Assembly: GCF_000018305.1 (NCBI RefSeq)
Contig: NC_009954.1
Location: 2,040,001-2,072,000 of the forward strand
Reading direction: 5' to 3'
Source of the DNA: Caldivirga maquilingensis IC-167
GTDB lineage: Archaea > Thermoproteota > Thermoprotei > Thermoproteales > Thermocladiaceae
DNA length: 32,000 bases
Shown here: piece by piece, positions 25,650 through 32,000 of the stretch
Position numbering within the stretch: position 1 is the stretch's first letter
How the letters are laid out: the number at the start of each line of letters is the position of its first letter
Translations under genes and position numbers: made by a program
The notes under the pieces: model-generated
Databases searched by the model: none
Seen by the model: the letters and a program-made list of their open reading frames with translations, nothing else
What the model was told of the DNA's origin: nothing

Positions 25650-26474
25650 ATGAATGGTGTACTCTACATTGTGGGTATTGGACTTGCACCCAATCAAATA
25701 ACCCAGGAGGCTATTGAAGTCCTTAAGAACACTGGTGCAGTATTCATTGAGGAGTACACGTCAATGTTTGAGGTTAAGCCAAGCGAATACTTAACCAGGA
25801 TAATAGGTAAACCAGTGACACCGGTTAATAGGCGGGAGTTAGAGGAGGAGAATGGCAGTATATTAATCAAGGCTGTTAAGGAGTATGGCTCCGCAGCCTT
25901 AGTTACAATAGGTGACCCAATGATAGCCACAACACACTCAGCACTACTGATTACTGCCGTTGAGGCGGGGTTCAGTGTTAAGGTAATTAACGGTATTAGT
26001 ATAGTTTGTTCAGCTATTAGTCAAGTAGGCTTATCACCATATAAGCTTGGCCCAGTGGCCACGGTAACCTACGAGAGGGGTGGGGTATTGAGTAGGAGGG
26101 CTTATGAAGTGCTTTTAAGCAATATAAGTAATGGGCTTCACACACTCCTACTCCTTGATATTAAGGATGGTGGCGGCTTCATGAGTATCAAGGAGGCTGC
26201 TGAAGTATTAACTAGGATTGAGGATGAGGTTAAGTTAGGCTTAGTGAATGATGACCTAGCGGCAGTATTTGGTTCCAGGATTGGTTGGGTTGATCAAGCA
26301 ATTAAAGTCACCTCAATAACCAAGCCACCTGACCTAAAACCACCCAGCATAATAGTGGTGCCGGGTTTACTTAACCCAGTGGAATTAGACTTACTTAAGC
26401 TAGTTCACGGTGCTGATGAAGGCTTACTCAAGAGGCATATCGAGCACGTTAAGTCGTTTTTAAGGAACCCATAG
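25650..26474 (+). CDS. dphB: diphthine synthase (tetrapyrrole-methylase fold)
   Basis: N-terminal LYIVGIGL, then GDPMIATTH and the overall layout of Dph5/DphB. At 274 aa it is slightly long at the C-terminus, which overlaps the convergent gene. Confidence 0.85.
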   Translation: MNGVLYIVGIGLAPNQITQEAIEVLKNTGAVFIEEYTSMFEVKPSEYLTRIIGKPVTPVNRRELEEENGSILIKAVKEYGSAALVTIGDPMIATTHSALLITAVEAGFSVKVINGISIVCSAISQVGLSPYKLGPVATVTYERGGVLSRRAYEVLLSNISNGLHTLLLLDIKDGGGFMSIKEAAEVLTRIEDEVKLGLVNDDLAAVFGSRIGWVDQAIKVTSITKPPDLKPPSIIVVPGLLNPVELDLLKLVHGADEGLLKRHIEHVKSFLRNP

Positions 26475-27753
26475 CTTCACTTAAGACTTCACTAACCCTT
26501 CTTAATGCAGTGGCCCAGGTTGATTCAGGATCCTTAAATTCACCTGGGTCAACCACTAGTAGGTACATTGACTTACCATCATTCAACCTTAAATTAACGT
26601 ACCTACTTCGCCTACTTAATAGTAGTTCATAGAGCCTTGATGTTGCATCATCCTCATCATCGAAAACTATCCCCTTATTAAGGCCTGGGAAGACGAGTAT
26701 TCCCACGTTTGCGTTGTGCTCATACATGTATGCCATGACCTTAAACCTCCCAGCGGTTATGTAGCTTGGGTTAGTTGAGAACTTACACTCAAGCACTACA
26801 CTACGCCTATTCTTAACATATACGTCGGGCTTACCCACAATATGCTTAATGGCTTCTTTATTAGATTCCTCAGTTAATTCATCAACCCTCTCAATAATAC
26901 CCATGCTGATTGGTTTATTGAACATTAACTGCACAGAATCCCCAGTAATTGGATTAATGTAAAGTGAGTTAGAGCTCTTAACGTAACCCATTCCCCTTAA
27001 AGCAGTACTCACTAATGCGTATACAAGCACCTCATATAGCCTCCATGATAACATGACTAACGCATTATTACCCCTAATCCTCCTATGCCTTACGTAAACA
27101 CCACTATGCAGATGCTTAGTTAGGATTAGTGATTCATAGGCGATTCTCAGCCATCTTGGTGCACTTAATGAGAATCTACCATACTCCTCCTTAATGATGA
27201 TCCTATAGTTGGCTTTAGGCAATGAAGACACCTTAGGCCTTAATACATTAAGCAATCTACTTAAATTACCTAGATCACTCCTTAATCTTAGTGCTAATTC
27301 ATGATTAGGGTTAAGGCTTCGTATTACTTCCCCTAACCTCCTTACGGCCACCTTAACCCTCCTAATCACCATAGTTGAGATCTCCCTAAGTAGCATGTAT
27401 TCTGGGGCATTAATGCTGGGTAGGTAGGTTAAATAGGAGTAAAGGCTCATTGGGTATGTTACAATGGTATGCGGTACACTTAATGAACCAAGTACCTCAC
27501 TGCCCTGCTCAACACTGAATTCCCTATAGGTAAGCATATCCCTGAGTGCGGAGTCTATGGAGTGTCTCAGCATCTTTAAGGATAATGAAGCAATCATTAA
27601 CCTAATATACGCCTTAGTTAATTTATCAACCTTAACACCCATCCCCAATCCAATAAGTTCCTTAACATTAGAGTATGATGAGAAGTAGTATTTACTAACC
27701 AAGTATGCTAAATTCCTTAGCCTTTCCTCCTGCTTAGTATTTTGCCTACTCAT
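26449..27753 (-). CDS. McrC-like PD-(D/E)xK nuclease subunit
   Basis: 434 aa. GKPD(310)VYVKNRRSVVLE(322)CK(324) (nt 26782-26826) is a PD-x11-ExK motif. It is preceded by SWRLYEVLVYALV, as in McrC/DUF2357-type proteins. The ATG overlaps the stop of the upstream McrB-like gene (ATGA at 27750-27753). Confidence 0.65.
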   Translation of the reverse strand: MSRQNTKQEERLRNLAYLVSKYYFSSYSNVKELIGLGMGVKVDKLTKAYIRLMIASLSLKMLRHSIDSALRDMLTYREFSVEQGSEVLGSLSVPHTIVTYPMSLYSYLTYLPSINAPEYMLLREISTMVIRRVKVAVRRLGEVIRSLNPNHELALRLRSDLGNLSRLLNVLRPKVSSLPKANYRIIIKEEYGRFSLSAPRWLRIAYESLILTKHLHSGVYVRHRRIRGNNALVMLSWRLYEVLVYALVSTALRGMGYVKSSNSLYINPITGDSVQLMFNKPISMGIIERVDELTEESNKEAIKHIVGKPDVYVKNRRSVVLECKFSTNPSYITAGRFKVMAYMYEHNANVGILVFPGLNKGIVFDDEDDATSRLYELLLSRRSRYVNLRLNDGKSMYLLVVDPGEFKDPESTWATALRRVSEVLSEAMGSLKTT

Positions 27754-29519
27754 TGTTGATCACCTTTATTCTGTCTTAGAAATGATCCTAAGCGTTCATC
27801 AATTTCACTAAGTATCCTAGTACTTATCACACCTAGGGATGATTTTAAAGCCTCATTAAACTCAGTTAAGAGTGTTGATTCATTGTTTGAATCAAGTTCA
27901 CCTACCTGAATCATCCCATTAATTATATGTAATGCATTTAAAACGGCACCGGTTGATATGCAAACCCGTTCCCTTAATTTCCTATCGCTTCTGAGGTAGT
28001 TTATGTATTTAATTATGCTGTTAAGCATGTTATCGGGAATGCTAGGCCTCAAGGCTTTAACTTCATCTTCAACATCAGTAGTATTGGATGGGCATTTAAC
28101 CTCAATTACCTGGAACCTCCTAACCAGTGCATTACCGATTAAGAATAGATTCCTTAAATCCACTGCATTAATTATTGCTATTACCCTTAGTTTCCCCAAT
28201 GCCTCATCCTTATACTTACTGTAATTCTGCATGAATCTACTAGCCTCTTCATCAGCCCTATCACTATTAACCCACTTCCCAACCTCATCAACCAATTCAC
28301 TGATTAACTCCCAATTCTCTGGGTTAGGGGATCTGAATATTGTGAAGAATTCACCAAAGGCCTTATCGACATCAGCCCTATTTAACTCATCTATTATTAG
28401 GAAGAATGGTGAATCATATCCATTCGCCAACCTCTCCGCAGCCTTATTATACGCCTTAATCAGGAAACCTGAAACCCATTTAACGGAACCACTCTCAATG
28501 GTTTCACCCCCGATTACATCTCTCCTAAACCAAAGGGAGTTAGCAGTCTTAATCATGTAACCGCCATCCCCGGAAACACTCCTAGCCAGTAACTCAGCTA
28601 ACGTGGTCTTACCCATACCTGGTGGACCAACTAACATAACATTACCCAGTAATGCACTCACGATGAATCTACGTAATAACGCTTCATCAATACCATGCAA
28701 TTTCCCCTTAATTTCACTTAATAACTCATTAATTAATTCCTTGTTAAACCCCCTAGATAATTTATTACTTTGAGGAAATTGCCTAAGTACTGTGAATTCC
28801 TCGTAGAATTTAATCATAGAGTTAGTCTCATTATCAGTTAATAGACCCTTTATTATCTTATTCCAAAATATATCAATTATATCTTTATCATCATAACAAA
28901 TATTACCTCGGGGAATCAATTTTTCTCTACCCAATTCTTTTAATAATTTATTAATAATGAGCTTGTCTCCGGCATTTTTTAATTCATTTTCAACTGAGTC
29001 GTTATAATCTTCATACTTTATCAGTAGCTTACGAACCTCCTCATCAATCCACAGTATCCTAATTCTCCATCTAATCAGCCAATATCTATTCTCTTTCTCT
29101 TCCTCCCTCCAATACTTAAAGTTCCTATATACGTCAAAGTTTATATCAGTGATTAGACCAAAACCTACGTAGCCTGCATTATTTATGTAGAATAAGCCGA
29201 TTAAGGGCTTAATATCATTAAGGTTCCTAATTGCTTTATTATCAGCTAATAATAATCCCTCTCTATATTTACTAACCAGTGCTCTAAAGGGAAGGCCGGT
29301 TGACTCATCAACTGAGGAAGAACTCTGCAAACTGGCTCCCCATAAAGTGTAGCCTTTTTCTCCTCGCATGGAATACTTAAATGACCAAAACCAATGCTCT
29401 GCACGACCTGGGAAAGTACATATATTGACTTCTTTCCTGTCTCTTAACCATTCAAGTAAGTCCTTTAAATTAGTTAATTTACTAAAGGGCTCCCTATAGG
29501 TTAACCAATCCCCATACAC
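27750..29519 (-). CDS. McrB-type AAA+ GTPase with an unassigned aromatic-rich N-terminal domain (putative DNA/modified-base reader)
   Basis: 589 aa. Walker A GPPGMGKT (nt 28605-28628). FFLIIDELNRADVDKAFGEFFTIF (Walker B region nt 28371-28400) and ALVRRFQVIEV match the McrB-family xIIDE[IL]NRA / RRF signature. Residues 1-165 are W/F/Y-rich (HWFWSF, LFYINNAGYVGFGLI, RYWLIRWRIRILW). Confidence 0.75.
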   Translation of the reverse strand: MYGDWLTYREPFSKLTNLKDLLEWLRDRKEVNICTFPGRAEHWFWSFKYSMRGEKGYTLWGASLQSSSSVDESTGLPFRALVSKYREGLLLADNKAIRNLNDIKPLIGLFYINNAGYVGFGLITDINFDVYRNFKYWREEEKENRYWLIRWRIRILWIDEEVRKLLIKYEDYNDSVENELKNAGDKLIINKLLKELGREKLIPRGNICYDDKDIIDIFWNKIIKGLLTDNETNSMIKFYEEFTVLRQFPQSNKLSRGFNKELINELLSEIKGKLHGIDEALLRRFIVSALLGNVMLVGPPGMGKTTLAELLARSVSGDGGYMIKTANSLWFRRDVIGGETIESGSVKWVSGFLIKAYNKAAERLANGYDSPFFLIIDELNRADVDKAFGEFFTIFRSPNPENWELISELVDEVGKWVNSDRADEEASRFMQNYSKYKDEALGKLRVIAIINAVDLRNLFLIGNALVRRFQVIEVKCPSNTTDVEDEVKALRPSIPDNMLNSIIKYINYLRSDRKLRERVCISTGAVLNALHIINGMIQVGELDSNNESTLLTEFNEALKSSLGVISTRILSEIDERLGSFLRQNKGDQQ

Positions 29520-29540
29520 TATAATTAATGTTTATCTAAT

Positions 29541-29550
29541 GCTTTAAAAG
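29541..29550 (-). promoter_or_regulatory. TATA-like box for the McrB-like/McrC-like operon
   Basis: The minus strand reads CTTTTAAAGC, centred about 27 nt upstream of GTG 29519. Confidence 0.5.
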
Positions 29551-29703
29551 ATGTCGCTAAAGGGGCTCATTAATGAGTCTCCTAGCCTTAATGTAGCCTT
29601 GATTTAAAAGGGACTAGAAGTATGCCGCGTATAGTTGCTATTCCTAGTATTTAAAACACATTAATGCGCTGGGGTGCTGTATTATTTTTCATAATGCTAA
29701 CCT

Positions 29704-30633
29704 ATGGTACTTATGGCTATTGCCTCACTTGAGGAAGCTTTAAATATGAATAATACACTTAATACCTTGTTGATTATGGAGAAGAGAACTGAGGGTAAGG
29801 GTGAGGTTAGGAGGAGTGAGGATGTTGAGAGGGAGGCCTTTGGTATTGATGCCCTTGATGATGCCCTTGAGGGTGGATTACCTAGGGGTACTTGGACTGT
29901 GGTCACTGGGGAGCCTGGTGTTGGGAAGAGTATACTATGCATGCACTTCGCCTACACTGGTTTAGAGGATGATGAACCAGTTATTTACGTTACCACGGAG
30001 ACTAGTTTCCGTGACGTGGTTAGGCAGGCTAGGCAATTCAACATGGATCTCACTCAATTTAAACCAGTTAACCTGAGTGACGTGTTGAGTGGTAGGGTTA
30101 AGCCTGAGAACGCTAAACTAGTAGTTATTGACTTATTCGGCCTTTACAGGCAGTACCGTGAAATGGTTAAGGAGGCTGGGGAGGAGGGGCGTAGGCCCAG
30201 TAGGGCATTGAGCATTGAGGTTCTTGAGGGGGCTGTTAGGAAGGCTTATGAAGTGTTAGGCTTCAGTGAGGGTAAGGTTAGTGAACCCAGTAGGTTAATT
30301 ATTGATTCCATGACGGCCTTCTGGGCTGATAAACCGGCTATGGCTAGGGCCTATAGTTATGCATTAAGGCAGAGCCTCTATAGAAGCAACATCACGGCAC
30401 TACTGGTGAGTCAATACGCACCAACCACTGAAGCCAGCTTCGGCTTTGGGCTTGAGCACATTGCCGACGGTATAATACACATGTGGATGGATAAGGTGGA
30501 GCAGACTAAGACCATAAGGAGGTGGTTAATCATTAAGAAGATGAGGTTAACAAACCATGCAAAGGACGCATACCAAGTGGATATACAGCCGGGTAAAGGA
30601 TTAATCCTCATTGAGGCCAATGAAACTCAATGA
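29704..30633 (+). CDS. KaiC/RecA-superfamily single-domain ATPase (archaeal KaiC-like/Rad55-like)
   Basis: GIDALDDALEGGLPRGTWTVVTGEPGVGKS, with Walker A at nt 29908-29931. Walker B-like KLVVIDLF/RLIIDSM. Later in-frame ATGs at 29713, 29746 and 29776 are possible starts, and a TATA-like TTTAAATA lies at 29739-29746. Confidence 0.8.
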   Translation: MVLMAIASLEEALNMNNTLNTLLIMEKRTEGKGEVRRSEDVEREAFGIDALDDALEGGLPRGTWTVVTGEPGVGKSILCMHFAYTGLEDDEPVIYVTTETSFRDVVRQARQFNMDLTQFKPVNLSDVLSGRVKPENAKLVVIDLFGLYRQYREMVKEAGEEGRRPSRALSIEVLEGAVRKAYEVLGFSEGKVSEPSRLIIDSMTAFWADKPAMARAYSYALRQSLYRSNITALLVSQYAPTTEASFGFGLEHIADGIIHMWMDKVEQTKTIRRWLIIKKMRLTNHAKDAYQVDIQPGKGLILIEANETQ

Positions 30634-30685
30634 AGGGAACCTGAAAATAAAAAGACGCAGTGGCTGTGAGCATGGTTGACCACGT

Positions 30686-31633
30686 ATGGTTAAGTTCCTG
30701 GTACTGGGCCTAGGATTCATAGCAACACACGTTGCAGAGGGGTTATCTAAAATCGGGCAGGTTACTGTAACATATAGGTCACTGAATGGTGTTAATGAGG
30801 TTTATGCAAAGGTACTAAGGGGTAGTGTTGAATTAACTAGGCTTAATCCACTTACTGATGAGGATGAGTTAAGGGGTTTAATTAAGAATTCCGACACAGT
30901 GATTAACCTAATTGGTGCATTGGGTAATGATGCCCAGCTCCTTAGGACAGTTCACGTAGTTATTCCTAGGCAGGTCGCCTCATTAATAGCTGAGTACTCA
31001 CCCTCAACAATGCTGGTGCATGTTAGCGCATCCAATGTTATGGGGCCTATTGGTAAATTCATTAATGAGGAGCCTAAGCACTGTGAGGGGGCTAGGCCAT
31101 CAACACCCTATGAGGAGACGAAGTGCCTTGGCGAACAGGTGGTTTACTCAATGTCCCAATCCGCTGGTTTCCCACTAGCCATAATTAGACCAACCCTAGT
31201 TTACGGTAAGTATAATGCTCACCCTCAATTCCTTCAAATATACAACATGGCTAAGAGGGGTATTGTACCTAGGATTAACGTTAAATTAATGGCCATCAGC
31301 GCCGTTAAGCTCACTGAGTTGATTGCTAGGCTGCATGAATTGAGGCCAAGGGGCCTTTACCTATACGCCACTGAGTGTGAACCAGTTGAGGTGACTAGGT
31401 TCTTTGAGGTTATGGTTAAGGCACTTGGGAGGAGGCCATTGAGGATACCGGTACCTAATGCCTTATTGAAGTTAGCATTACCAAGTGATATTAAGCCACT
31501 GTTCAAGTACGTTAATGTGGTTTACAGTTGCTTGAAGGCTAAGGAAATTGTGGGTGACTTAGGATTCATGGAGAGTGAGGTTTATGAGAATGCATTATTC
31601 ATTAAACAGTATGAGGATTACATTACTGTGTAA
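30686..31633 (+). CDS. NAD-dependent epimerase/dehydratase (extended SDR family)
   Basis: N-terminal Rossmann VLGLGFIATHV and catalytic YEETK (YxxxK). 315 aa. Confidence 0.75.
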   Translation: MVKFLVLGLGFIATHVAEGLSKIGQVTVTYRSLNGVNEVYAKVLRGSVELTRLNPLTDEDELRGLIKNSDTVINLIGALGNDAQLLRTVHVVIPRQVASLIAEYSPSTMLVHVSASNVMGPIGKFINEEPKHCEGARPSTPYEETKCLGEQVVYSMSQSAGFPLAIIRPTLVYGKYNAHPQFLQIYNMAKRGIVPRINVKLMAISAVKLTELIARLHELRPRGLYLYATECEPVEVTRFFEVMVKALGRRPLRIPVPNALLKLALPSDIKPLFKYVNVVYSCLKAKEIVGDLGFMESEVYENALFIKQYEDYITV

Positions 31634-31643
31634 TTAATGGTCC

Positions 31644-32000
31644 TTAGGTGGATTGCTTAAGTATTACCACTCCCCTAGGATCCTTAACCCTAACTGCTAA
31701 GATTTCCCATAACCTAAACTCATGGTCACCATCCCCAGCACCTAAGTACACTAAGGCTGTATCCACCCCAACGGCTACATCAATTACTGACTGATGGGTT
31801 GAGGCAAGTATTGCTTCATCATCCCTTAACTGCGGTATTACTACAACATCCTTAATAAGGGATTTAACCCTAGTTAACTCCATGACACCGGTCCTCTCAT
31901 TAACCATAAGCAACCTAGTATACCTACTAGGACTAGTGAAGAGTACGTAAGGCTCAGGCACGTAGTTTGCGTATAATGCATTAACGGCGCTTGAAACCTC
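31644..32000 (-). CDS. hypothetical protein, 5'-truncated by the window edge
   Basis: The ORF track starts at GTG 31961, but the frame stays open to nt 32000 (...EVSSAVNALYANYVPEPYV...), so the gene probably begins beyond the window. No motif recognised. Confidence 0.45.
   Translation of the reverse strand, partial: EVSSAVNALYANYVPEPYVLFTSPSRYTRLLMVNERTGVMELTRVKSLIKDVVVIPQLRDDEAILASTHQSVIDVAVGVDTALVYLGAGDGDHEFRLWEILAVRVKDPRGVVILKQST

Noticed and set aside
28003-30620. ORFs 28003..28224, 28231..28560, 29697..29942 and 30411..30620
   Set aside because: They are antisense shadows of the McrB-like and KaiC-like genes.

Overview
This 32-kb window looks like chromosome from a hyperthermophilic crenarchaeon, possibly Thermoproteales (Vulcanisaeta/Caldivirga-type). 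That lineage call is inference only, because no database search was possible. It rests on archaeal marker genes (sn-glycerol-1-phosphate dehydrogenase, RNA polymerase subunit Rpo4/F next to DUF655, diphthine synthase, an aCPSF2-type beta-CASP nuclease, a crenarchaeal bifunctional PGI/PMI), on an intron-containing tRNA with no encoded CCA, and on TATA-like boxes about 24-28 nt upstream of most start codons, which implies leaderless mRNAs. I support about 33 CDS, tightly packed on both strands, plus one tRNA-Val(CAC) with a 17-nt intron. Most genes are housekeeping, metabolism or transport: aminotransferase, DUF47 + PiT-like permease, MFS, MptE-like kinase, GT2, ProRS, TldD, ITPase, acylphosphatase, CaCA, DMT, ZIP, a sarcosine-oxidase/proline-dehydrogenase-like alpha/beta pair, a GH12-like secreted glycosidase and an SDR epimerase. 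Three places are not ordinary. (1) At 26.4-29.5 kb a two-gene minus-strand operon encodes a McrB-type AAA+ GTPase and a McrC-like PD-(D/E)xK nuclease. The GTPase has an unassigned aromatic-rich N-terminal domain of about 165 aa. I read the pair as a candidate modification-dependent restriction/defence module with a possibly new reader domain; a KaiC/RecA-like ATPase is divergently transcribed next to it. (2) At 15.76-16.2 kb, inside a 650-bp intergenic region, there is a symmetric array of four 34-bp units in interleaved inverted orientation, with pairwise-matched heptamers and three evenly spaced 12-bp palindromes. A GC-rich stem-loop and a C14 homopolymer follow it. (3) At 18.34-19.24 kb there is a 0.9-kb stretch with no ORF of 60 aa or more. 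All functional calls come from motifs I recognised by eye in the supplied translations.
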